Positions 37,288 to 46,501 of a DNA stretch of 64,000 bases are shown here, in pieces (position 1 is the first letter of the stretch; every line of letters starts with the position of its first letter). Source of the stretch: Enterobacter phage fGh-Ecl02. The stretch lies in sequence record ON212266.1. One strand, 5' to 3'. The notes under the pieces are model-generated. The model was not told the origin of the DNA and ran no database searches. It was given only the letters and a program-made list of their open reading frames with translations. Made by a program: the position numbers and the translations under genes.

Positions 37288-37369
37288 CTTCAATAACTTT
37301 ACTTTCAAGAAATAATCGCCTAATATTTAATCTGTATTGAAGAGTTACAACTACATCATGAGGCTGGAA

Positions 37370-38563
37370 ATGAACGTCAAAACATTCAATATTCCGATCG
37401 ACAATGAAGGGTTGGTAGTTGAGCGACTGAAGAAGCTCGAGCGCACTGCCGAAAGGTTGGGTGTTCCGTTTCCGACTGTGACTTATGGTGAACCCTTCAA
37501 AACCCACACCCGCGACTTCACTGGTGAGATCCTTACCCACTGGTGGAAACCTGTTACTCTCGAAGGCGAAGGCATTGACCGCCCCATCTCTTATGGTGGC
37601 TGGAAGATCATCGGTCAGTTCAATCACGAATATCCAAAGGTTATTATTAACCGCCTGTCCGACAACATCAATCCTGACTTCATCCGTCGCTTCGAGACAG
37701 AGAACGTCTCTTGGTGTCAGCATTGCAATCTAGCCATCCGTCGCAAGAACACGTATGTGATTGAAAATGAGGAAACGCATACCCAGATGCTGATTGGTAG
37801 CACCTGTATGCATCATTATGTGCCTCATCAGAAGTCCCTTGACGCGATTATGTCTTACTATCTGGAAATCCAAGAGTTCTTCATGCCAGACGAGGACGAC
37901 CCAGAGGGTATATATCGCGTCCAAAATGAGCGCTTCACCGACACCCACAGTTACCTGCGCGCATGCTTCCAGGTGATGCTGGCAGGCGTGGATATCAAGT
38001 CTGAACTGTTTGATAAAGTACTGGGCTATGTCCGGTCTCACCAGAAACCAAAAGCAGGTTCCGATGAAGAGTATTTCGTAAACAAGGCACACGAATACCG
38101 TGAAGATGCCGAGTCGGAAATGTACCATATGAAGCTTTTCATCAGTGCGCTGTCCGAATCTAATGAGTTCAATGTTCGCCTGAAACGCATGTGTGAACCC
38201 GGCTATCACCTCATCAAGGATAACAACACAGTCCGCTGGGGTGCCAAGAAGTATTACGATTACATCCATCGTCCTCGTACTGACCGCAAGGTGGAGAACA
38301 AATGGGTGGGTGAAGTCGGTGAAATGCTGGAAGTGCAAGTCAGGTTCGATAAGCGCACCTTCCTCTTCTCCAATGAATATGGTGATAGCTACCTGTTTAC
38401 TTTCAAAACAGCAGAAGGCAATACAATTACCTGGAAGACCTCTTATATGGATACAGAGTTCTTGCAGGGCGATATGATCATCCGTGGTCGTGTCAAAGAA
38501 CTGACTGAGTACAACGGCGTTAAACAAACTCAGGTCACCAGAGCCAAATTGAGGAAATTATGA
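37370..38563 (+). CDS. Hypothetical protein (397 aa) with a CxxC...CxHH cluster
   Basis: GAGG RBS before ATG 37370; the upstream in-frame ATG 37359 lies in the conserved CAACTACATCATGAGG box; WCQHC...STCMHH suggests metal binding. Confidence 0.55.
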   Translation: MNVKTFNIPIDNEGLVVERLKKLERTAERLGVPFPTVTYGEPFKTHTRDFTGEILTHWWKPVTLEGEGIDRPISYGGWKIIGQFNHEYPKVIINRLSDNINPDFIRRFETENVSWCQHCNLAIRRKNTYVIENEETHTQMLIGSTCMHHYVPHQKSLDAIMSYYLEIQEFFMPDEDDPEGIYRVQNERFTDTHSYLRACFQVMLAGVDIKSELFDKVLGYVRSHQKPKAGSDEEYFVNKAHEYREDAESEMYHMKLFISALSESNEFNVRLKRMCEPGYHLIKDNNTVRWGAKKYYDYIHRPRTDRKVENKWVGEVGEMLEVQVRFDKRTFLFSNEYGDSYLFTFKTAEGNTITWKTSYMDTEFLQGDMIIRGRVKELTEYNGVKQTQVTRAKLRKL

Positions 38564-38679
38564 ATTTGATTGAGTTTGTTCTGAAGTCGTTCGCCTTTGG
38601 TCTGATAGCATGTGGGATGATTACAGCTATGCTTCTCATCATAGCCCTGGTCATCCCCTTTAAGAGGAAGAATGAATGA
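38560..38679 (+). CDS. Small membrane peptide (39 aa), not in the ORF track
   Basis: GAGGA RBS; ATGA overlaps at both ends (38560-38563 and 38676-38679); single TM helix. Confidence 0.4.
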   Translation: MNLIEFVLKSFAFGLIACGMITAMLLIIALVIPFKRKNE

Positions 38680-38876
38680 AACGTGAAATCATGGATGTAT
38701 ACAAACCGGGATCTTGTTGTCCAGGACATGACAAGTATCCGTCTGACACTTACAAGAATCGACGTTCCAAAGCACAACGCTCTAAGAGCATCAAGAAGGA
38801 GCACCGCCACGCTCGTCGGGTTAAGCGCCTTGGGTTAATGTCGGAAGTCAATGGTATCACGTTGGAGGATTTCTGA
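38676..38876 (+). CDS. Small basic protein (66 aa)
   Basis: GGAAG RBS; Lys/Arg-rich. Confidence 0.4.
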   Translation: MKREIMDVYKPGSCCPGHDKYPSDTYKNRRSKAQRSKSIKKEHRHARRVKRLGLMSEVNGITLEDF

Positions 38877-39088
38877 TGGAATGTTCATGCGGAGGGCAGG
38901 GCACAAGTGCCTACATGCCATTCACCACTGTGAAGGAAGCCGAAGCCGCCGGATTTGCCGTGGACAAGGCTCCCTGTGTAATCGCCACGAAGGATTGCCC
39001 GTGCTGTAAGAGGCACTCTCAGGACGTCTTCTACGCCCCTGATGCGCGTCCGGCTACGGTCAACCTGCTCTCATTGATGAGGAAGTGA
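38876..39088 (+). CDS. Small Cys-rich protein (CSCGG...CPCC)
   Basis: ATGA coupling; 70 aa. Confidence 0.4.
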   Translation: MECSCGGQGTSAYMPFTTVKEAEAAGFAVDKAPCVIATKDCPCCKRHSQDVFYAPDARPATVNLLSLMRK

Positions 39089-39289
39089 CATGCGCAAGTA
39101 TTTCAACTGGCTGTTGGGCAAGCCCCTGATGCGCTGAGATCCGTTGTCTAATCGATGCCATTGACGCCAAGGCTTGTTTACAAAGCCCTCACCCGACATC
39201 ACAAGCGCTAGATTAATCGCACAGAGGCTCAGGCCGAAATTAAAATCGTGAAGAAGTCCACAAGGCTCTGGGTTTCCCCCACAACAAAT

Positions 39290-39317
39290 AATTCAATAAA
39301 CTATTCACCCATATAAT
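39290..39317 (+). promoter_or_regulatory. AATTCAAT-N14-TATAAT promoter-like element
   Basis: About 30 nt upstream of ATG 39346. Confidence 0.4.
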
Positions 39318-39345
39318 ACATGGGAACTTACAGAAGGAACAGACC

Positions 39346-39687
39346 ATGACCACACTCGTAGAAACATTATTCCCAGGCTGTGTACTTGGGCGCGGTGGAT
39401 CCGAAGCCAACGGGCTACCGATTGACGTCGAACCTCAGAATTGTGTTATTGTTGACAAGTTTCACGACAACCATTATGCCCTGAACAATCGTCGTGACCA
39501 CTATCTTGTTTCCGTAGGAGATTCTTTGGTCAGTCTGCGCATCTGCAAGGCTATGCCAGGATCCGGCTATGGAGCATTCGCCTATATTCACAGCGTGTCA
39601 AATGACGAGCTGGGTAAAGAAGCCCTGGTTGAAAAATTCAAGAGTTGGAAGGATTCTTTCACCTCAATTGAACCCCCGAAGAAATAA
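39346..39687 (+). CDS. Hypothetical protein (113 aa)
   Basis: AGGAA RBS. Confidence 0.45.
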   Translation: MTTLVETLFPGCVLGRGGSEANGLPIDVEPQNCVIVDKFHDNHYALNNRRDHYLVSVGDSLVSLRICKAMPGSGYGAFAYIHSVSNDELGKEALVEKFKSWKDSFTSIEPPKK

Positions 39688-39758
39688 CTGAGGACTACGC
39701 ACTGACCTCATTATCAGCCAGGCAAAATCCCGCACCCGCCAATAATCTATTGAAGTCC

Positions 39759-39791
39759 CCAGGGTTATAATAGCAGCACATATAACCCTGG
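39759..39791 (+). promoter_or_regulatory. Perfect 11 bp inverted repeat CCAGGGTTATA-N11-TATAACCCTGG containing TATAATAGCAGC, 10 nt upstream of the ligase ATG
   Basis: Seen in sequence; the longest perfect hairpin noticed in the window. Confidence 0.45.
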
Positions 39792-39800
39792 AGACACCGC

Positions 39801-41231
39801 ATGATCCCTATCCTTGAAACAGTCCACCGACTTCGCGAAACCAAAGGCAGCAATGCGAAGAAAGCCGTGCTGACCGAAGCATTCAAGAACAACCCAGACT
39901 TGGCAGACTTCCTGCAGTATGTCTATGACCCAATGACGTCGTTCTATCGGACTGAGTTGAAGCTCAGCGCGTACCCTCGCATGCTCGTCCGTGAGAAGAC
40001 TGATGACATCAGCGAAGTCTATGACGTCCTCGACCAGATGGCACAGCGCCTTGTCGGTGGCCAAAAGGCTGATACCCTGTTGGCCTCTGTCGCCCTGAAG
40101 ATGGATCCCCAATACCACGAACTCATTCAGATGATCCTAGACCGTGATATCAAGGCGGGTATCGCTGAGAAGGGCATCAACGCTGCATTCAACGCCGCCG
40201 GAGGCACTGGACGCCTGATCAACATCCTTCCATATCATCGTTATGACAACATGACGATTGACCTGCTGAAGAAGATGGACTTCAAGCGCGGCGTCTACAG
40301 CCAGCTGAAGTCAGACGGTATGTTCGCCAACATCATATGTCGGTACAATAAAGATCCTGAGATTCGCTCTCGCTCCGGTTCCCTTATCGCAGGTGGTTCG
40401 GTTGATAACCTTTCACTGGTGTTCAAAGACCTGATCTACGATGCGGGGATTGGTGAGAGTGTGTTCCATGGTGAACTTCTCGTTGTTGACCTCAAGTCGA
40501 ATACCATCCTGCCTCGTGCTGTCGGTAACGGTAAACTCAACAGCGTGATTCAGACAGGAGAACCCCTGGAAGATCGTTATCGGGTGATCTACCGGGTGTG
40601 GGATGTTATCCCGTACGACAACTGGTTCAACGCCCAGCGCGTGGACACCCCGTATGAGCGCCGCTTCGATATCATCCAGCAACTGTTTGATGAAGACGAC
40701 GGTCTGGTTCAGGTTCAAGAAACCCGCGTTGTTCACTCATTTGCCGAAGCCGTCGACCACTTCAAAGACGCGCTGGCTCGCAAAGAAGAAGGCACGATAT
40801 GTAAGGCCGCAGACATGCCGTGGGAAGATGGTACTTCTTCTGAAGGTCTGAAGCTGAAGATGGAGGTTGAGTGTGACCTTGAAATCGTGGGATTCAACGA
40901 GGCCGACAAGAAAGGCAAACACGCCAAGACTTTTGGCTCACTGATTTGTAAAACTTCCGACAGCCTGCTTGTTGTTGGTGTATCAGGGATCTCAGATGAG
41001 CTGAGACGCCATATGTGGGAGAACCAGGGCGACTACATTGGCAAGATCGCCGCAGTGCTCTCTAATGGCGTACAGGATAAGACAGATGATGCGATGAAGT
41101 CTTTGTTCCTACCTCGCCTTGTAGAAGTCCGCATTGACAAGAAAGTGGCCAACACACTGGATGAAGTCTATGCGATACAGAAAGCGTACATTGAAAACAT
41201 CGCATTCCTGTTGGAGAAGGATAATGGGTGA
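39801..41231 (+). CDS. 30: ATP-dependent DNA ligase gp30
   Basis: Adenylation motif I around SQLKSDGMFANI, corresponding to T4 AQLKADGARCF; 476 aa against T4's 487 aa. Confidence 0.8.
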   Translation: MIPILETVHRLRETKGSNAKKAVLTEAFKNNPDLADFLQYVYDPMTSFYRTELKLSAYPRMLVREKTDDISEVYDVLDQMAQRLVGGQKADTLLASVALKMDPQYHELIQMILDRDIKAGIAEKGINAAFNAAGGTGRLINILPYHRYDNMTIDLLKKMDFKRGVYSQLKSDGMFANIICRYNKDPEIRSRSGSLIAGGSVDNLSLVFKDLIYDAGIGESVFHGELLVVDLKSNTILPRAVGNGKLNSVIQTGEPLEDRYRVIYRVWDVIPYDNWFNAQRVDTPYERRFDIIQQLFDEDDGLVQVQETRVVHSFAEAVDHFKDALARKEEGTICKAADMPWEDGTSSEGLKLKMEVECDLEIVGFNEADKKGKHAKTFGSLICKTSDSLLVVGVSGISDELRRHMWENQGDYIGKIAAVLSNGVQDKTDDAMKSLFLPRLVEVRIDKKVANTLDEVYAIQKAYIENIAFLLEKDNG

Positions 41232-41236
41232 GTATA

Positions 41237-41457
41237 TGAGTTTCTGGTGGGCGAAGTTCTTGGTTGAACTTCAGATATCCGGCATCGTCTTCTTGATCGC
41301 CGTGATCCCAGTTGCCCGTTCGGCGTTCAAGCAATGGCGCTGCAAACACAGCACCTATCGTGAGAACCATGCTTGCCATGCTATCTGCACCCATTGCGGG
41401 AAGGATCTTGGGTTTGTGGGCACTGTCCGAAAGATGAAGAATCACAAAGAGGTGTGA
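41237..41457 (+). CDS. Small membrane-anchored Cys/His-rich protein (73 aa)
   Basis: TM helix followed by CKH...CHAICTHCG. Confidence 0.4.
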
Positions 41458-41461
41458 TCTG

Positions 41462-41719
41462 ATGAACGAGCTATTCGCATTGGTGATTGCATTAACGTTC
41501 TTATTGTCCTTGATTATCAGCTCGCTTGTGTTGTTGCTGGTGTGGATAGCTATTCCCGAGATCAATAACCACAAGGCGCTCGTTGTCGTGATTATCCTAG
41601 GTCTGAGTGCTTCCCTTACTCTTCACTATTCCAAACAGGAGTATAATCCTAACAAATATTACAAGACATTAGCGGACAAGTATCATGAGTTTAAGAATGA
41701 AAGAGCTTCCGGTAAATGA
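41462..41719 (+). CDS. Small membrane protein (2 TM)
   Basis: Hydrophobic helices. Confidence 0.4.
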   Translation: MNELFALVIALTFLLSLIISSLVLLLVWIAIPEINNHKALVVVIILGLSASLTLHYSKQEYNPNKYYKTLADKYHEFKNERASGK

Positions 41720-41939
41720 CAAGAAGTACATGTACAAGGTTCTGCTGAGCCTCGGGGTGTCACAATCTGGGCTGGCTCGTTTATTGGATTGTTCTAATGT
41801 TGTGAACTACTGGGCGAAGGGTTATCGTGTTGTCCCCCGCTCCTTCCGTCGCTTCATCCTGGTGTTACAGTTCATCAAGAAGAAAGGGCTGATGGAAGAG
41901 TTATTGCAATTCATTAAAGAAGAGGAACGCAAATGCTGA
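41685..41939 (+). CDS. Small hypothetical protein, possible HTH
   Basis: LGVSQSGLARLLDCSNVVNYWAKG is helix-turn-helix-like; overlaps the upstream gene. Confidence 0.35.
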   Translation: MSLRMKELPVNDKKYMYKVLLSLGVSQSGLARLLDCSNVVNYWAKGYRVVPRSFRRFILVLQFIKKKGLMEELLQFIKEEERKC

Positions 41940-42592
41940 CAGAGTGGCAAAAGATGGAGTATGAACGGGCGTTCAACGTTTACTGTGTCTTCATGGCGAT
42001 CAAGCTGCACTTCACCACTAAGGACTTCGATTACAGCTTGTATGGACCGATGAATTACAAGTTCGAGACGTTCTTGGCGAAGGAGGCCGTGTGCAAACAG
42101 TTTGCTCGCCTTGCCCGTCGGTTCGAGTCAACACAGGGTGAAGTGGTAGAGAACTACATCATTGCCAACTTCATCAAATCACCCAAGACCTGGGTGACGA
42201 CATTGCTTACACGCCAGGCTCAGGCCAATTATGATGAATACCGTAAGCTGTACGAGAACTTCACATATAACTTCCTTGAGGAGTTCGAGCGGGAGATGAT
42301 CCCTGCCATAAGGGAGCGCAACTGCACCTTCATTGAGTACATCAAGGGGACGGGTACAGGTCATCCACCGTTGCTGACAGACATCATCATCAAGAAGTTC
42401 CCGATTTGGTTCCTTGTCGGTCTGAACAAGATCGTTGGTTTCATTCATCTATACGATACGATTCTGCGTGATGACATCTACTGGAACTCAGAGGCGTTCT
42501 TGCTCAGGAAGACGAATGCTGTGGTTCCGGATGAGGATACCACATATTCAAAACAGAGACTCCGTGAGCTAATACAAGCCCACGGAATCTGA
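41933..42592 (+). CDS. gp59-like helicase loader (tentative)
   Basis: Weak N-terminal resemblance (FNVYCVFMAIKLHF...DYSLY against T4 gp59 VYKLYLMIKQHMNGKYDVIKY); 219 aa against 217 aa. Confidence 0.4.
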   Translation: MLTEWQKMEYERAFNVYCVFMAIKLHFTTKDFDYSLYGPMNYKFETFLAKEAVCKQFARLARRFESTQGEVVENYIIANFIKSPKTWVTTLLTRQAQANYDEYRKLYENFTYNFLEEFEREMIPAIRERNCTFIEYIKGTGTGHPPLLTDIIIKKFPIWFLVGLNKIVGFIHLYDTILRDDIYWNSEAFLLRKTNAVVPDEDTTYSKQRLRELIQAHGI

Positions 42593-44539
42593 TTACCATT
42601 CCCACAGGATGCGGGAATTATCTGTTTTGTTCTCAGGCTCAAGATATGAGCTGTTGAAGTTATTGGTCGTGTTGATCCTCTTAGAAGCATCCACATTCTG
42701 CTGTACTGGCATCACGACGCTGGCTGGAGGCGGTGAATAGCCGCCTTGTACTTGCTCAATATTAGACAGCGCCCTCCCTTGTGATGGCATGGCCCCGCCC
42801 AGAGTACCACCCCCGATAGAACCATACGCAGCTTTCAGCTGAGAGGTGCGGTCATTAGTCATATTCTTGTCATCCGAAGACGCACCAGAAGGTATTGGAG
42901 TCAGCGTTTGTGGATCGATGTTCGGTTGTGCTGGCGTCTGTGGCTGCTGGGTCTCTGTCACATTAGGAGACGGATTCTCATCAGTGTCAATCAGCATAGA
43001 CTGGCGAGCCTCATCCATCTTCTGCTTCGCAGCCTGTCCACCCAGAGCGTCAGGGATGATGCTGACGAACTTGTCAACGATATCGAACATCGCATTGGTG
43101 ATTGTGTTCAGCATGTTGAAGAAAGGTTTCTTCACATTTTCGGCAAATCCCTTCTTGATATCGTCAATGACCTTGTTGGCCACACCCATGCCCTCGTCGA
43201 TCACACTACTGATACCCCCTGTGATCCAGTCTACCAGCTTTATCAACTCGGACTGTAGGTTGTCTGCTAACTTGCCAGGGATATCCGTAAGAGACGTGTC
43301 TCTCCCGATCCCTGCAAACAAGTCGTTGCTAATCCAGTCGATAATACCATTCAGCCAACGAGCGGGAGCCTCAGTGATCATGAGGGTGTATTTGCGCAGG
43401 GTTTCACCCGCCTCGGTATCAAAGCCAAAGATCTTGGACACCCAGTCAAATAGATCACCAAATCCACCAATTAGTTCTGATATCCCCGCCCGTACTCGGT
43501 CAACTATCGTGACAGCACCTTTACCCAGGATCTCCTTCGCATCAATGAAGCCTTTACCGAAGTCCCAGATCATAGACAGGAGAGCCAGTGGGCCGACTTT
43601 CAGGAACTTAAACACCTTCCCAAATGGACCCAGAAGTTTGGTGATACCTTCTCCCAGCTTGGAGAACATGCCGAGGAAAGTCCCGACAACACCACCGATG
43701 ATCTTGAACGGCTTGAGCAAGAAGCCCTTCAGTGCATTCAGGCCAAGCATGGCCGCCACAGCAGCCCCGATACCGGAGGAATCGTCTTTCTGGTCATCGT
43801 CTTTGGGTATAACAGAACCCGCCTGAGGATGACCACCCGTTTCTTTGTCGGTTTCCCCACGGCGCATCTCGTCCTTCTCACGCCACTTCTGGTCTTCATC
43901 AAAGATGCGTGTCAACACTCCAACGATATGACCACCCGTGCGCCCAATCTTGTTTTCAATGCTAGACAAGCGAGTAAGGGTGTCATCGGAGTTCTTTTTC
44001 AGTTCAGCAACATCGTCACGAACCTCGATCATCACTCCGTCGATCATGTTCAAGAATGATCCCACGCGGACCAGAGACACACTCTGCTCGTCCATGCGCT
44101 TGAGGGTGTCATCATTGGCAGACTTCAGCTGGTCTGAGATCAGGTTAAGATACTCTAGGGACGTGTCATCTGTTGGCATGCGGGTGATCTCACCGAGGCG
44201 GTCAATCTTGCCTGCGATATTCTCCAGTTCCCGATTGCCTTCGTTACCCACATCGACAGTATCCTTCATCCATACGCTGAAGTCGCGGGTGAAGATCGGA
44301 GACATGCGAGCGAATCCCATGACGATCTCATTGACTGTCGGGATACGGATTTCAAATGGCTTGGACTCGGCCTTGGTGCCCTGTTTGGTGGCAGATTCCA
44401 GCTTGGCCAGATTCTTGTTCATCCGGTCAAGCTGTCTATTGGTTTCATTCTGAGCACGGAGTTGTTTGCGCTGCATCATCTCCGCCTTGATCTTGTCTAG
44501 AACTTTGACAACATCATTGTTCGTTGCTTCCTGTGCCAT
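42593..44539 (-). CDS. 29: Tail length tape-measure/baseplate hub protein (gp29-like)
   Basis: 648 aa; coiled-coil N-terminus, long Gly-rich hydrophobic middle (GIGAAVAAMLGLNALKGFLLKPFKIIGGVVGTFLGMFSKLG); sits in the baseplate block. Confidence 0.7.
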   Translation of the reverse strand: MAQEATNNDVVKVLDKIKAEMMQRKQLRAQNETNRQLDRMNKNLAKLESATKQGTKAESKPFEIRIPTVNEIVMGFARMSPIFTRDFSVWMKDTVDVGNEGNRELENIAGKIDRLGEITRMPTDDTSLEYLNLISDQLKSANDDTLKRMDEQSVSLVRVGSFLNMIDGVMIEVRDDVAELKKNSDDTLTRLSSIENKIGRTGGHIVGVLTRIFDEDQKWREKDEMRRGETDKETGGHPQAGSVIPKDDDQKDDSSGIGAAVAAMLGLNALKGFLLKPFKIIGGVVGTFLGMFSKLGEGITKLLGPFGKVFKFLKVGPLALLSMIWDFGKGFIDAKEILGKGAVTIVDRVRAGISELIGGFGDLFDWVSKIFGFDTEAGETLRKYTLMITEAPARWLNGIIDWISNDLFAGIGRDTSLTDIPGKLADNLQSELIKLVDWITGGISSVIDEGMGVANKVIDDIKKGFAENVKKPFFNMLNTITNAMFDIVDKFVSIIPDALGGQAAKQKMDEARQSMLIDTDENPSPNVTETQQPQTPAQPNIDPQTLTPIPSGASSDDKNMTNDRTSQLKAAYGSIGGGTLGGAMPSQGRALSNIEQVQGGYSPPPASVVMPVQQNVDASKRINTTNNFNSSYLEPENKTDNSRILWEW

Positions 44540-44550
44540 GGGTCACCTCG

Positions 44551-45939
44551 TTAAACCTTCTGTGCTTGGCCTTTCTCAATCGCCTGAGGAGTAGTGGTGG
44601 AAGCAGTTGTCTGATTGGTCTGAGGTGGAAGCACCTGCTCCAGCAAACTGTCCTTGGCAATCTCAGCGATGCACTGATAATCTTTGGTCAGGCGGGAAAT
44701 CTTGTGACGCACTTTGGTCACGATATAGTGGCCTGTCGATAGCTTACTTAACTCTGCCAGGTTTTCGTTCTTCTTAGGACGGTTGGACTGGTCTTCGACG
44801 TAGAACACCTGACCGACGTTCAGGCGGTTATCACCAACGAGCAACACGCGCATCACAGTGCTGGCAAGACTGAAGTTGATAACACGACGAGCATAATCAA
44901 TCTGCTCCGCTCCATCCGGCTGGGCTTCAATGTAACGGACGTTCTGACGATTGAATTCATCTGAGAACATCGGGAACGGATCAAGGTGAGCCGTCTCTGC
45001 AAACCACTCAGTATAGATGCGCTGTGTTGGGGTGACTGTCTTGGTCTCAAAGTCGTAGACGCGCTCGTTCACCGCCAGGACATCGCGGTAGTTTGCCATA
45101 AATTGGTCACGCGTCAGCTTCTTCTCTGCCTTGATGATCGTGCGCATAAAGCGCTCAGAGTTGAAGTTGTTATCCTGCATGAGCGGCGCGTCCTGAGGGT
45201 CACGGAACAACTTGTTCTGCTGAGCTAGTTCCTGCTTCTCTTCTGCTGTCAATGACTGGCTGCCCTGGTTGAACAACGTCGTCAGGCTCTTGAAGTGATA
45301 GCCATTGAAGTCTTCATAGAACACGAATGGCATGAACAATTCGTCATAAGAACGGCTCGCCATATAATCAATAGATCGCAGCACAGGCCAGAGAGGGGTG
45401 GCGAACCGCTCTTGAATTCCATATGACGGGTCGATGTCTTCGAACTTGGTGCGCGACTCCAGCTGATTGAAGATTGTCTTCGCCATGTCAGAATACGAAC
45501 CGTCAAGACCGAGGGAGCATCGGATCATGCTGTCCTTATAGGCATCGGTGGTCACCATGTGCAACCAGAATGCTTTCTTGGACGAGCTGTTGGACTCATC
45601 AGCTACGCGCCCAACACGCGCTACGCGCAGGGAGAGAGTGGTGTAATCCGAGGCCGCCGGACTCTTGAATGACACCACAACTTCTTCACCACCCAAGATA
45701 GGCATTGTGTCAAGAATGTCCCACCCTTCTTTTATCAAGACATTGGCTGTAAGTGATGGAGATGACTTCCCTTCAAGACCCAGATCCTGGAAGACGTTGA
45801 ACTCCTCAAACAACGCCGTCAGGTCATATGGCGTTGGTGATCCGCCCTGGGGTGTATGAGGGAGTATCGCCATATACTTCAGGTCAAATGTTGTTGACGG
45901 TGTTACAATACCGTCTTGGGTCTCTCTGTTTTCGATCAT
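44551..45939 (-). CDS. Baseplate hub structural protein (gp27-like, tentative)
   Basis: 462 aa, immediately upstream of the tape measure in the late block; no catalytic motifs. Confidence 0.4.
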   Translation of the reverse strand: MIENRETQDGIVTPSTTFDLKYMAILPHTPQGGSPTPYDLTALFEEFNVFQDLGLEGKSSPSLTANVLIKEGWDILDTMPILGGEEVVVSFKSPAASDYTTLSLRVARVGRVADESNSSSKKAFWLHMVTTDAYKDSMIRCSLGLDGSYSDMAKTIFNQLESRTKFEDIDPSYGIQERFATPLWPVLRSIDYMASRSYDELFMPFVFYEDFNGYHFKSLTTLFNQGSQSLTAEEKQELAQQNKLFRDPQDAPLMQDNNFNSERFMRTIIKAEKKLTRDQFMANYRDVLAVNERVYDFETKTVTPTQRIYTEWFAETAHLDPFPMFSDEFNRQNVRYIEAQPDGAEQIDYARRVINFSLASTVMRVLLVGDNRLNVGQVFYVEDQSNRPKKNENLAELSKLSTGHYIVTKVRHKISRLTKDYQCIAEIAKDSLLEQVLPPQTNQTTASTTTPQAIEKGQAQKV

Positions 45940-46490
45940 TTCGCCAACTCCTGCTCCAGCTGATTGACAAACGAAGACACATAATCTGGGTCGAGTACTT
46001 GGATGTTCCGTTTGGCTTCATTCTTACTGATTGCATCATCATGGTATGAAACTGCCGTCAGACCATAGTTAGCAATTATGGACGGCTCATCTAGGTCTAG
46101 GTTATATGCAAATTTGATAGCACGGGCGTCGGTCACATTGTTGAACTGGTCGACATAATAGGCTGTATCCCACATACCATCGATGCCGTAATCTGCAGTC
46201 AGTTCTTCAACAATACGGCGTTCCGGTTTCGGCCAGTCCTTATTGATGTCCATGATGCCGTTTATCAGACAAGGTATCCAAAACAACTCGAAGGATCCGT
46301 AAACGCGTTCTGCGAAAGACCTTGGGGTTTCCCCCTCTTGGATCGTATACGGCAGGAGAAGCCCTTCGATGTCCTTAATTTTCTGTAAGATCATCACCCG
46401 GCGCGTTAAGTTCTGTAACAGCACCTGATCATTCTCTTGGACATCTTGCAATTGATGCCAAACAAGTGGAAACTTCTCAAAATATTTCAT
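45936..46490 (-). CDS. Baseplate structural protein (gp28/gp53-like position)
   Basis: 184 aa, ATGA-coupled within the baseplate operon. Confidence 0.35.
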   Translation of the reverse strand: MKYFEKFPLVWHQLQDVQENDQVLLQNLTRRVMILQKIKDIEGLLLPYTIQEGETPRSFAERVYGSFELFWIPCLINGIMDINKDWPKPERRIVEELTADYGIDGMWDTAYYVDQFNNVTDARAIKFAYNLDLDEPSIIANYGLTAVSYHDDAISKNEAKRNIQVLDPDYVSSFVNQLEQELAK

Positions 46491-46501
46491 GGCATCCTCT
46501 C

